Assembly (NCBI GenBank): GCA_963708185.1
Contig: OY970195.1
Location: forward strand, 288,001-352,000
Reading direction: 5' to 3'
Source of the DNA: Candidatus Peregrinibacteria bacterium
Lineage (GTDB): Bacteria > Patescibacteriota > Gracilibacteria > UBA1369
DNA: 64,000 nucleotides
Shown in pieces: positions 30,036 through 39,231 of this stretch. Made by a program: the position numbers and the translations under genes. The notes beneath the pieces were generated by a model, which was not told the DNA's origin, searched no databases, and saw only the letters and a list, made by a program, of their open reading frames with translations. Positions within the stretch are counted from its first letter, which is position 1. The number at the start of each line of letters is the position of its first letter.

Positions 30036-33000
30036 TTACTCTTTTTTCTTTTTTTGCTTCTGTGAGTACTCCTGCCAGTCGACGAGGATCGGGGAAGCCA
30101 CGAAGATCGAGGAGTAGGTACCGGCGATGATACCTACGATCAGCGCCAGGACAAAGAAGCGGATGCTTTCGCTGCCGAAGATGGCAAGTGCGGCGAGCGT
30201 GAGGAATACCGAGAAAGAGGTGTTAATCGAGCGGGCGATGGTTTCATTGACGGCCTGATTGGCAACATCGGCGAAAGTTTCGTCGCGTTTCTGGTATTTG
30301 AGTTTTTCGCGGATACGGTCGAAGACGACGATGGTATCGTGTACAGAGAAGCCAAGCACCGTCAGCATGGCCGTGATAAACAGCGCGTCAATTTCAACCC
30401 CGAATATCACGCCAAAGTAGACGTAGATTCCGAGCATGATGCCCAGGTCGTGCAGCAGGGCCACGATGGCCGACAGACCGAATCTCCACTGTCCCACGTG
30501 GCGTGGAACCTTACGGAAGGCGAAGGCGATGTAGAGCACGATCATCAAGCTGGCGATGAGGACGGCAAAGATGGCGCGGTATCGGAGGCTTTCTCCAACG
30601 GTCGGTCCCACGGTGTTGAAGCGTGTTTCTTCGAAATCACCGAGGATTTTTTTCAGTTCCGGAATCATCTGGTCGTGGGCGTCGGAGCTGATGTGGCGGG
30701 TCTTGATGATGAAGCTGCCCTGGTCGCTCGGGACGACGTGAGGAGTTCCAATGTCGATGAGTCCGTTGCCGTCGGCGGCTGAAAGGGTCGGAGTCGTAGC
30801 GGCGGCAGCGTCGACGCTCGTAACGGTGAGGTCACCGAATTGCTGGGTCGCTCCTGAATCAGCCTGTTGCGTTGAAGGAGCGATACCGCCTTCTTTGTTG
30901 AGCTTGTCGGCGACGGTCGTGAAGGCCTGTTCAATTTGCTGAGGAGTCACATCCGTTTTGGCAAACTTGAATTCCATCAACGTTCCACCGGTGAAATCCA
31001 GGCCAAGTTTCAAGCCGAAAACAGGGATTCCGATGATGGCGAGGATGAGCAGGGTTCCGGAGATGTAGTAGGTGAGCTTGCGGTTTTTGATGATCGGAAC
31101 GAGCTTGTCTTCTTTTTTCTTCGGTGCGCCGAATAACCAGAGGTTGTTGGACAACTTGGTGTTGATCAGTGCGGCGATAAGCGTCTTGGTGACGGTGATG
31201 GCCGTAAACATCGAGACGAGAATACCCGCGGCGAGGTTGAAGGCAAAACCCTGGATGATAGAGCTTCCGAAATAGAAGAGGATGCCGCAGGTGATGAGCG
31301 ACGAGAAGTTTGAGTCGCGGATACTGCTCCAGGCGCGGTCGAACCCGATTTCAATGGCGGAAGCAAGGGTGCGCCCGTCACGGAGCTCTTCTTTGATTCT
31401 TTCAAAGATAAGAATGTTGGCGTCGACGGCCATACCGATGGAGAGGACCACGCCGGCGATACCGGCAAGAGTCATGACGATCGGGGTGGAGAGGATGAAG
31501 CTTATGAAGAAAAGGATGAAACAGGACAGCACGAGGCCGATGGCTTTTTCAGGGCCTGAATCGCGCGAGTTGATGACTTTCATTACGATGAACACGAATA
31601 TGCCGAGTGCCAGCACGATGGATACCCAGAGCGGCAGCGCCATTTTGATGAGGAAGAGCATGATCATCGAATAGACCGCGAGAGCGATTGTCGCCAGCAC
31701 GCCCGGGATGCGGTAGTACAGGATCATGAACAACGCGACGAGCAGGAAGCCGATCAGACCGGCCCATAAACTTTTCGTCAGTGCATCCTGACCGAGGGTC
31801 GCGCCGATGGTATATTGACCGGCGAGGACAATCGGAGCCGGGATGGCGCCGGTGTTGAGGTCACGGGCGAGGTTTGTTGCCTGGTCTACGGTGAAGTTTC
31901 CGGAAATCTGGGCTTTTCCTCCCGTGATTTTTTCGTTGACGACCGGGGCTGAAATGAGCTGGCCGCCGACAAAAATGGCAACCTGTTTGCCGACGTTCCT
32001 GGAAGTGATGTCACCGAAAAGTTTCGCACCGTCAGCGTCAAACTGGATGGAGACGTACGGCTGGTAGAGTTGGTCGAACTGCACGTCTGCGTGGACGAAC
32101 TGCTGTCCGGTCAGGCCGGTGGTCTGCCATGCGTCCGGTGTAGTGTCGAAGAAAATTTTCTCATATTTTACCTGGGGTTCGGTGGTCGTGTTGCTGGAAG
32201 CTTCGGTTACGTTGTCCGCCTTGATGATGTGGAATCCGAACTCGGTTTGAGTGACCGGTGAGAGGTCTCCATTTTTCTGGAGAGCGAGCGCAGCGGTTTC
32301 AAATTCTTTGGCGTAGGTTCCGTCACCGGTGACCGGCTGATCGAGCACTCCACCCTTGTCCTTGTTGGAAGCGTCGTCGGAATACTGTTTGGCGAGGTCG
32401 TCGAAGTTCGCTCCGCCCTGAAGTTTCTTGAGAACGTCGTCGGCCAGTGCTTTCGCTTCATCCTGTGAGCGCGTGACGCTCGCGTCGGCACGGGTAGCTC
32501 CCTTGTAAGCGATGAGGATGTGGCTGACTTTTACCTGTCGTTTTTGTGCATCAGTTTTTTGCTGGTCCCGTTTGTCGAGCAATTTCACGACATAATAGCC
32601 GTTGCTCTGAGTCAGGCTTCCGCTGGCGTCCACGGTGTATTCTCCCTGGGCCGGAATGAGCTGAGGATAGGTATCACCGGGTTTGAGTTTGTTGAAAAGG
32701 ATGTCGGTCAAACTAGAAGAGACCTGGTCTTTAAACTGGTAGTCGACGTCGTTGAAGGTGACTTTTCCGGGGCTGGAAAGCTGTTCCTCTTTTCCTGCCA
32801 CGGCCAGATCTTCGCCGTTCTGGACTCGATCAAGTAAACTCTGGGCTTCGTTTTTTACATCGGTTTGCGTCGTTGTGTCCTGAGTCGTGCGTTGTTCCTT
32901 GAATTCGAGCTGAATGGTTTTTCCCACGACTTTTTTCGCTTCTTCAAGATCTTTGACACCGGCGAGTTCAACGATGAGGTGTTGTTCTTCGCCGACGGTG

Positions 33001-33296
33001 GAAAGATAGATGTTCGGTTCGGAAACGCCGAGGCTGTTGACGCGGTTGTTGATGACGTTCATGACCCCGTCCACGATGCTCGGCTGGTCAGCCTGGGGAA
33101 CTTTTTGGAGGTCGATCTTATAGTCGAGCTGAGATCCCCCCTGGAGATCGAGTCCGAGGTGATATTTGCTGTCGAGGACTCCTTGCGGCGTTGGAGGGAA
33201 TATAGATTTTTGCTGTTCTGCAGGCAGGTTAATAAACCCGAGAATCAAAGCGGTAAGGATGATGACTCCTACTTTGAGAAAATGGCGGTTCTTCAT
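30036..33296 (-). CDS. secDF: SecDF fusion with parvulin-type PPIase domains inserted in the SecD extracytoplasmic loop
   Basis: LGLDLQGG, GMAVDANILIFERIKEE, GLDFTGGT, GFSVHDTIVVFDRIRE and GTYSSIFVA; insert VSHILI...FDDLAKQYSDD..KGG.L...TEFGFHIIK. Confidence 0.95.
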   Translation of the reverse strand: MKNRHFLKVGVIILTALILGFINLPAEQQKSIFPPTPQGVLDSKYHLGLDLQGGSQLDYKIDLQKVPQADQPSIVDGVMNVINNRVNSLGVSEPNIYLSTVGEEQHLIVELAGVKDLEEAKKVVGKTIQLEFKEQRTTQDTTTQTDVKNEAQSLLDRVQNGEDLAVAGKEEQLSSPGKVTFNDVDYQFKDQVSSSLTDILFNKLKPGDTYPQLIPAQGEYTVDASGSLTQSNGYYVVKLLDKRDQQKTDAQKRQVKVSHILIAYKGATRADASVTRSQDEAKALADDVLKKLQGGANFDDLAKQYSDDASNKDKGGVLDQPVTGDGTYAKEFETAALALQKNGDLSPVTQTEFGFHIIKADNVTEASSNTTTEPQVKYEKIFFDTTPDAWQTTGLTGQQFVHADVQFDQLYQPYVSIQFDADGAKLFGDITSRNVGKQVAIFVGGQLISAPVVNEKITGGKAQISGNFTVDQATNLARDLNTGAIPAPIVLAGQYTIGATLGQDALTKSLWAGLIGFLLVALFMILYYRIPGVLATIALAVYSMIMLFLIKMALPLWVSIVLALGIFVFIVMKVINSRDSGPEKAIGLVLSCFILFFISFILSTPIVMTLAGIAGVVLSIGMAVDANILIFERIKEELRDGRTLASAIEIGFDRAWSSIRDSNFSSLITCGILFYFGSSIIQGFAFNLAAGILVSMFTAITVTKTLIAALINTKLSNNLWLFGAPKKKEDKLVPIIKNRKLTYYISGTLLILAIIGIPVFGLKLGLDFTGGTLMEFKFAKTDVTPQQIEQAFTTVADKLNKEGGIAPSTQQADSGATQQFGDLTVTSVDAAAATTPTLSAADGNGLIDIGTPHVVPSDQGSFIIKTRHISSDAHDQMIPELKKILGDFEETRFNTVGPTVGESLRYRAIFAVLIASLMIVLYIAFAFRKVPRHVGQWRFGLSAIVALLHDLGIMLGIYVYFGVIFGVEIDALFITAMLTVLGFSVHDTIVVFDRIREKLKYQKRDETFADVANQAVNETIARSINTSFSVFLTLAALAIFGSESIRFFVLALIVGIIAGTYSSIFVASPILVDWQEYSQKQKKKKE

Positions 33297-33326
33297 AATG
33301 CGTTAGAGGATAAAAGTTTTAAAATT

Positions 33327-33743
33327 TTATGATTGACGGTGTTGTTGGGAGAGCTGGCGGTCAAGTTCCTCATTGTTGCCTTTTCCGCTTCGTCCGTAGT
33401 CGTCGGCGAGTTTTACGACGTCATGCAGCTCAGGTGAAGAGACTTCGAAGATTTTTGAATCTTCAAGCCCTTCAATGCGATGGATAGTATATGGATAAAT
33501 GTCGAATTTGTCACCAGGACTTAAAATCTTCTCCATAAGGTTTTTTTCGTTTTCTCCGTAGGTCAGTTTGACTTTTCCTTCATAGACATATTGGGTCTCG
33601 GTCTTTTTTTCGTGATACTGCAGGGAAAGTCTCGCTCCTTTGCGGACTTCGAGAATTTTCCCGGCGTACTTGTCGGTATGGGCGAACCATACTTCGCGCC
33701 CCCAGGGTTTTTCTTTGATTTGGACGGGAATTTGTTGTGACAT
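33327..33743 (-). CDS. Cupin protein (mannose-6-phosphate isomerase type II-like)
   Basis: KPWG, RLSLQYHEKKTE, HRI, EVSSPELHDVVKLADDYGR; directly downstream of manC. Confidence 0.85.
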   Translation of the reverse strand: MSQQIPVQIKEKPWGREVWFAHTDKYAGKILEVRKGARLSLQYHEKKTETQYVYEGKVKLTYGENEKNLMEKILSPGDKFDIYPYTIHRIEGLEDSKIFEVSSPELHDVVKLADDYGRSGKGNNEELDRQLSQQHRQS

Positions 33744-33750
33744 ACTATAA

Positions 33751-34830
33751 TTAGAGCAATTTTTTATAACGCGATTTCCTGAGTTTTTCGACCATTTTTT
33801 TTACGTCCTGGCTTCTTTTTTTGTCGCAGATGAGCAGGGCGTCATCGGTTTCAACGATAACGAGGTCTTTCACCCCGATCGTGGCGATGAGTTTGTCCTT
33901 GGTACCATAGATAAGCGATCCGTGGGTGTCAATTCCAAGGTGTTTCCCTTTGACGAGATTGTTTTCGTTTCCGTGGACGAGTTCGCTGAAAATGGAGTCC
34001 CAGGTGCCGACGTCGCTCCAGCCGAGTTCCGCCGGAATGATCCTTACCTCCTTTGGATCGATTTTTTCCATGACGCCGTAGTCGATAGATATTTTGTCGC
34101 ATTCAGGATAGAGTTTCTGGATGACGTTTTTTTCATTTTTCGTCCCCAGACTTTTTTGTATTTTCACGAGGTTGGAGTAGGTTCTCGGCAGGTGTTTCTT
34201 GAATTTATTGAGGATGGTCTCAACCCGCCAGACGTACAGTCCGGTGTTCCAGAGATATTTGTAGGAATTTAAAAAACCGATGGCAGTTTTGAGGTCGGGT
34301 TTTTCGGTGAATTTCTCGAAAGAGAAAACTTCGACGCCGTTGATTTCCCTGAGCATTTTGCCGATTTTAACGTAGCCGAGGTTGACGTTGGGAAATTTGG
34401 CTTTGACTTCGATGATGTTGAGGGTGTTTTCGTCTTTTGCAAGTTTTTCGGCTACTTTCAGTTTTTTGACGAATTCATCCTTTTTTTGAATAAGGTGATC
34501 GGCGTAGATGACGGCCATGACCTCTTTGGGGTGTTTTTTGCCGAGGCAGGCTGCGGCAAGTCCGATCGACGGTGCGGTATCGCGGAGCGCGGGTTCGAGA
34601 ATGATGTGAGAGGATGGAACTTTTCCCTTGGTTTGTTCCCGTACGGCGGATTCGTATTCCGCGTTGGTCGATACGTAGATGTCCCGGGGTTTCAGGAAAT
34701 TCAGGCGAGCGATGGTGTCCTGCAGCATGGTTCTGTCGCTGACAAGTTTCTGGAACTGTTTCGGTTTGTCGGTGCGGCTGAGCGGCCAGAGTCTTGTTCC
34801 GGTGCCGCCGGCCATGATGACTGCTTTCAT
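33751..34830 (-). CDS. manC: Mannose-1-phosphate guanylyltransferase
   Basis: IMAGGTGTRLWPLSR..PKQF, EP..RDTAP, FTEKP, ISIDYGVMEK and GWSDVGTW. Confidence 0.95.
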   Translation of the reverse strand: MKAVIMAGGTGTRLWPLSRTDKPKQFQKLVSDRTMLQDTIARLNFLKPRDIYVSTNAEYESAVREQTKGKVPSSHIILEPALRDTAPSIGLAAACLGKKHPKEVMAVIYADHLIQKKDEFVKKLKVAEKLAKDENTLNIIEVKAKFPNVNLGYVKIGKMLREINGVEVFSFEKFTEKPDLKTAIGFLNSYKYLWNTGLYVWRVETILNKFKKHLPRTYSNLVKIQKSLGTKNEKNVIQKLYPECDKISIDYGVMEKIDPKEVRIIPAELGWSDVGTWDSIFSELVHGNENNLVKGKHLGIDTHGSLIYGTKDKLIATIGVKDLVIVETDDALLICDKKRSQDVKKMVEKLRKSRYKKLL

Positions 34831-34834
34831 GGAG

Positions 34835-36370
34835 TTAGGTTAGGAGGCTTTTTCCGGTCATTTCTTCGGGTTGTTGAATGTCGAGCATCCTGAGGATGGT
34901 CGGAGCGATGTCTTCAAGGCTTCCTCCGTCGCGAAGTTTGTTTTCTTTATAACGGGGAGAGCACAAGAGAAAAATGACGGGGTTTTTGGTATGGGAAGGA
35001 CAGGGTTCTCCGTTTTCTTCATAGATCATGTATTCGGCGTTGCCGTGGTCGGCGGTGATGATGAGGTCGTACCCTTTTTCAAGCGCTTTTTGGCTGATGC
35101 GTCCGATGCATTCGTCCACGACTTCACAGGCCGTGACAGTGGCCTTGTAGTCGCCGGAATGCCCCACAAGGTCCGTGTTTGCAAAATTCTGGACGATAAG
35201 GCTGTAATCGCTCGAGTCCATTTCCTTAATGACGGCGTCGGTGACGCCGCGTGCGCTCATTTCAGGCTTCTGCGCATATGAAGGGGTTTTCGGTGAGTCG
35301 ACGAGAACTCGTTTTTCGTTTTTGAAAGGAGTTTCGACCTGACTGTTGAAAAAATAGGTGACGTGAGCGTATTTTTCGGTTTCGGCTATCCGCAGCTGAT
35401 GAAGTCCGTTCTGTTCAATGACGCTCCCGAGGTTGTTTTTGACCTGTAGTGTGGGAAAAACCACAGGAGCAGTTTTCGAATAATCCCCAAAACAGACGAA
35501 GAAAGGCCTGACCGTTTTTTCAGGTTTGAAGCCAATCTCGGTTTCTCCAGTGAAGCATTGCGTGATCTGCCGCGTACGGTCGGTCCGGAAATTCCAGAAA
35601 ATCACCGCATCCTTATCGGTGATGACGCCGGCTTTATCAAATACAATGGCGTCGATGTAATAATCGCTCTGGGCTCCGCGCGTATAGGCGTTTTGAATAG
35701 CCTGCAAGGGATCGGTCTCTTCATGGCCTTTGCCGAGCGTGTAGAGGTCGTATGCGACTTGGGTGCGGTCCCAGTTTTTGTCCCGGTCCATGGCGTAATA
35801 GCGTCCGATCATCGTCGCGATTTTCGCTTCAGTGGAAGATCCCGGCCCCATCTGAAGTTCGGCGATTTTTTGCTGGATCATCGTGACGTATTTGTCTGCG
35901 CATTTTTCAGGAACGTCGCGGCCGTCGGTAATGGCATGGATATAGGTTTTTGGGACACCCTGATCTTTCGCCAGCTTCAGAAGCGCAAAAAGATGGTCGG
36001 TGTGCGAGTGCACGCCCTGATCAGAAATCATTCCGAGAAGGTGGAGCGCTCCGTTGTTGTTTTTCACCCTTTCACAGGCTTCGAGAAAAGCCGGTTTCGT
36101 AAAAAAATCTCCATTGTGGATGGATCGGTTGATCTCTTCAAGTGCCTGAAAAACGATCCTGCCAGCACCAATGGTGAAATGTCCGACTTCAGATCCTCCC
36201 TGGGTGCCCTCGGGCAATCCAACGCTTTCTCCGTGAGCCTTCAGCAGGGTGTGTGGGTACTCTTTCTTCAGCTGTTCGAGATTCGGCATCTTGGCATGAG
36301 TGATGGCGTTTCCCGGGTAGTCTTTACCCTCGCCGAAGCCGTCGAGGATCATGAGGTACACTTTATTCAT
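34835..36370 (-). CDS. gpmI: 2,3-bisphosphoglycerate-independent phosphoglycerate mutase
   Basis: ILDGFG, GSEVGH, DGRD, GRYYAMDRD, AETEKYAHVT and TADHGNAE. Confidence 0.98.
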   Translation of the reverse strand: MNKVYLMILDGFGEGKDYPGNAITHAKMPNLEQLKKEYPHTLLKAHGESVGLPEGTQGGSEVGHFTIGAGRIVFQALEEINRSIHNGDFFTKPAFLEACERVKNNNGALHLLGMISDQGVHSHTDHLFALLKLAKDQGVPKTYIHAITDGRDVPEKCADKYVTMIQQKIAELQMGPGSSTEAKIATMIGRYYAMDRDKNWDRTQVAYDLYTLGKGHEETDPLQAIQNAYTRGAQSDYYIDAIVFDKAGVITDKDAVIFWNFRTDRTRQITQCFTGETEIGFKPEKTVRPFFVCFGDYSKTAPVVFPTLQVKNNLGSVIEQNGLHQLRIAETEKYAHVTYFFNSQVETPFKNEKRVLVDSPKTPSYAQKPEMSARGVTDAVIKEMDSSDYSLIVQNFANTDLVGHSGDYKATVTACEVVDECIGRISQKALEKGYDLIITADHGNAEYMIYEENGEPCPSHTKNPVIFLLCSPRYKENKLRDGGSLEDIAPTILRMLDIQQPEEMTGKSLLT

Positions 36371-37186
36371 TTAGATTTTGAGAAGGGTCAAGTACCAGGC
36401 AAGGATTTCATTTCCGTAAAGGATGGTAGCAAAAGTTCCAAAAACCAGAAAGGGTGTAAAGGGGATTTTTGATTTCGCTTTGAGGGCTTTGATCGCAAGA
36501 AGAATGATGCAGAGGATGGCTCCGATGAGATAGCTCAGGCTTACCGCTACGATGAGCAGTTTCCATCCGAACATGACGGCCATGGCCAGTGCGACGTACA
36601 CGTCGCCTTCTCCCAGCCATTTCCCCTTTGAGATGAGACGTTGTCCCCCAAAGAAGACCAGTGCCCCTCCGACGGCGATGATAATGCTTGGAAAGTCGGC
36701 GGCTTGCGTCAGGAGCGTCCCCAAAAGGCCGACGACGATAAGCGGATACACAAGGACGTCGGGAACTTCCATGTATTGGAGATCGAAAAAGAAAATCCCG
36801 ATGAGCAGTGTACTGTTGACGGTCCAGAACAGGTACTCTAAAGCGGCCGCTCCGTCGATGGCATAGTTTCCCAAAACCGTCGCGTTATCCACGATGAAAG
36901 GAAAGCGCAAATACATGAGCAGGAATATGAGCGCCGTGGTGATCTCCAGGAAGAAGTAGTAGATCGAGATCGGTTTGTGGCAGTAACGGCAACGACCGCC
37001 CAGCAGGATGTAGTTGAGAACGGGAATGAGATCGAGCGTGCTCAGATTTTTTTTGCAGTGAGGACATCGTGATCTTCCGATGATGGCTCCTTTTTGTTTA
37101 TGCTTGAGACGGTAGATCACGACGCTGAGGAAGCTGCCGACGCTCGCTCCGAGAATGGCGAGGAAAATCATGACGATCGCTGACAT
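36371..37186 (-). CDS. pilD: Prepilin peptidase
   Basis: GSFLSVVIYRL, RSRCPHC, GRCRYC, FFDL, GEGDV and IPFTPFL. Confidence 0.95.
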   Translation of the reverse strand: MSAIVMIFLAILGASVGSFLSVVIYRLKHKQKGAIIGRSRCPHCKKNLSTLDLIPVLNYILLGGRCRYCHKPISIYYFFLEITTALIFLLMYLRFPFIVDNATVLGNYAIDGAAALEYLFWTVNSTLLIGIFFFDLQYMEVPDVLVYPLIVVGLLGTLLTQAADFPSIIIAVGGALVFFGGQRLISKGKWLGEGDVYVALAMAVMFGWKLLIVAVSLSYLIGAILCIILLAIKALKAKSKIPFTPFLVFGTFATILYGNEILAWYLTLLKI

Positions 37187-37197
37187 GTGGAAGGGGA

Positions 37198-38688
37198 TTA
37201 GTGGATAGTGGTTGGTCCGACGATATTCGCCGTGGCGATGGAAGGATCCGATTTTGTTTTTGCGATGAGCGTGTTATAGCGTTCTGCGGCGGCGTTGCCG
37301 ATGGAGTTCCCGCTGCCGAGCTGATTGGCTTTGACGTAGAAGCTCAGGGCTTTGTCGAACTGTCCGCGTTTTTCCCAGAGCCAGCCCAGATTCAGATAGG
37401 CCGCGTCGAGTTTGGGGTCAAGTTTGAGCGCCTCCTGCAGATTTTTTTCGGCGTCGTCGAGCTGTCCGGTTCCGACCATGGCCCACCCGATGAGGTTATA
37501 GCTCATCGGCTGACCGGGATGGCTCTTGAAAGCTTTTTGTGCCAGCGCCAGCGCCTTGGAAGGTTCGTTGAGTTTTTCGATGTAAAGCCACATCGGACGA
37601 ATGTAATAGTTGATGTTGTCATCGTTTAACGACACCACGTTTTCATACAACTGCGCGGATTTGTCGTACTGGTTAAGCTCAAGATAGATTTCGGCGAGCT
37701 TCTGGTCAACCTGGATGCTGGGCTGGAACCCGAGATTTTTTGCCTGTTCAAGAGCCGATGCCGCCTGCTGCAGGTTGTTTTGCCCGTAGTAGGCCAGACC
37801 CAGGTAGAAGAAAGTTTCAGGTTTTTGCGGATCAAGAAGTTTTGCCTGTTCCAGTGACTGTACGGCGTCCTGATACTGTCCGATGTTGAGATATGAATAA
37901 CCGAGAATGATCCAGGCGTCGCGGTAGTCTTTTTCATCCTTGATGACCTCGAACAGCAAAGGAATGGCCATCTGGTACTCTCCGGTCTGGGCATAGCTGC
38001 GGGCCAATAGGGTTTTGAGATGGGTCGGTTGTCCTCCCTGGTTGAAGTCGAACTCGCTGAAAGCTCCGAGATAATTCTGGGCTTTCTTGCTGATGTCTTC
38101 CGATCCGCCGAGGTCGACGGCTCTCGTCAGAAGATTTTTGCTGTTTGCATAGTCGCCATAGTAGGCGGCGAGGATTCCTTTGTAGTATTCGACGGTCTGG
38201 TTGGTGTCGGCGGTCAGGCTGTTGAAGAGCGTCCGGGCTTCATCGGTTTTTCGTTCCTGGAGCAGCGTTCGGCCCAGGTAGATTTGGGCATCTATATTCC
38301 CGGGTTGGAGCTCGACGGCTTTTTTGAAATTCTCTTCAGCTTTGGCGTAATCGGCAGTCAGAAGCTGGATGCGTCCTATTTTCAGAAAGGGATCCGCATT
38401 CGAAGGGTCGAGAGCGTTCGCCTGCTGGTATTCCGCAATGGCCAGACTGTAGTATTGATTGTCTTCCAGGAGTTGACCGCGGTTGATGTGTTCGGTGTAG
38501 GTCTGGGCTCTTGAAACTTTATCTTCGGCTAAGAAACTCGGCAGTGCTTCCTGCGTTTGTTGCTGCGTCGGAGCTGCGGGATAGAACGGTCCGCCCGGTT
38601 GAAAGGGAGGGATTTCGAAAACGTAGAGTCCCGCCACGACGAAGCCGAGGAAAATGATTGTCGTCAGAAATGTGAGGATTTTTTTCAT
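37198..38688 (-). CDS. Membrane-anchored TPR repeat protein
   Basis: N-terminal TM followed by many TPR units (e.g. AYLNLGWLWEKRGQFDKALSFY). Confidence 0.92.
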   Translation of the reverse strand: MKKILTFLTTIIFLGFVVAGLYVFEIPPFQPGGPFYPAAPTQQQTQEALPSFLAEDKVSRAQTYTEHINRGQLLEDNQYYSLAIAEYQQANALDPSNADPFLKIGRIQLLTADYAKAEENFKKAVELQPGNIDAQIYLGRTLLQERKTDEARTLFNSLTADTNQTVEYYKGILAAYYGDYANSKNLLTRAVDLGGSEDISKKAQNYLGAFSEFDFNQGGQPTHLKTLLARSYAQTGEYQMAIPLLFEVIKDEKDYRDAWIILGYSYLNIGQYQDAVQSLEQAKLLDPQKPETFFYLGLAYYGQNNLQQAASALEQAKNLGFQPSIQVDQKLAEIYLELNQYDKSAQLYENVVSLNDDNINYYIRPMWLYIEKLNEPSKALALAQKAFKSHPGQPMSYNLIGWAMVGTGQLDDAEKNLQEALKLDPKLDAAYLNLGWLWEKRGQFDKALSFYVKANQLGSGNSIGNAAAERYNTLIAKTKSDPSIATANIVGPTTIH

Positions 38689-38694
38689 GATCGT

Positions 38695-39189
38695 TTAAGA
38701 CTGGGCAACGAGTTCGCGCATGCGGAGACTGTTGGCATGGCAGATGGCCAGTGCCAGCGCATCGGCCGCATCATCGGGGTGGGGCATTTCGTCCATTTCC
38801 AGGATCAGCTGGACCATTTTCTGGACCTGTCGTTTTTCCGCTTTTCCATAGCCGCAGACCGCTTCTTTGACCTGCTGGGGTTTGTATTCGGCGATCTCTT
38901 GAGGTCCTAAGGCGAGCTGTTGGAGGATGGCGCCGCGGGCCTGTGCGACCTGGATGGCGGTTTTGACGTTTTTGCTGAAAAAAATTTCTTCGATGGCCAC
39001 GGCCTGGGGTTTCCATTCTTTGACGATCGTCTGCAGGTCGTCATAGATTTGCCGCAGTCTTTCCGCAAACGGAAGACCCGGTGGTGTTTTAATGCATCCG
39101 TAGTCGAGAAGCTGGTGTTTTTGTCGTCCCGTTTCAATGATGCCGAATCCGATGGTCGCAGTTCCGGGATCAATGCCTAAAATTCGCAT
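38695..39189 (-). CDS. ruvC: Holliday junction resolvase
   Basis: ILGIDPG, AIEEIFF, GYGKAEK.QV and PDDAADALA. Confidence 0.98.
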   Translation of the reverse strand: MRILGIDPGTATIGFGIIETGRQKHQLLDYGCIKTPPGLPFAERLRQIYDDLQTIVKEWKPQAVAIEEIFFSKNVKTAIQVAQARGAILQQLALGPQEIAEYKPQQVKEAVCGYGKAEKRQVQKMVQLILEMDEMPHPDDAADALALAICHANSLRMRELVAQS

Positions 39190-39231
39190 GTGGACACATC
39201 AAAAAAGTTATCCCTATTGTAGCGAATTCTC

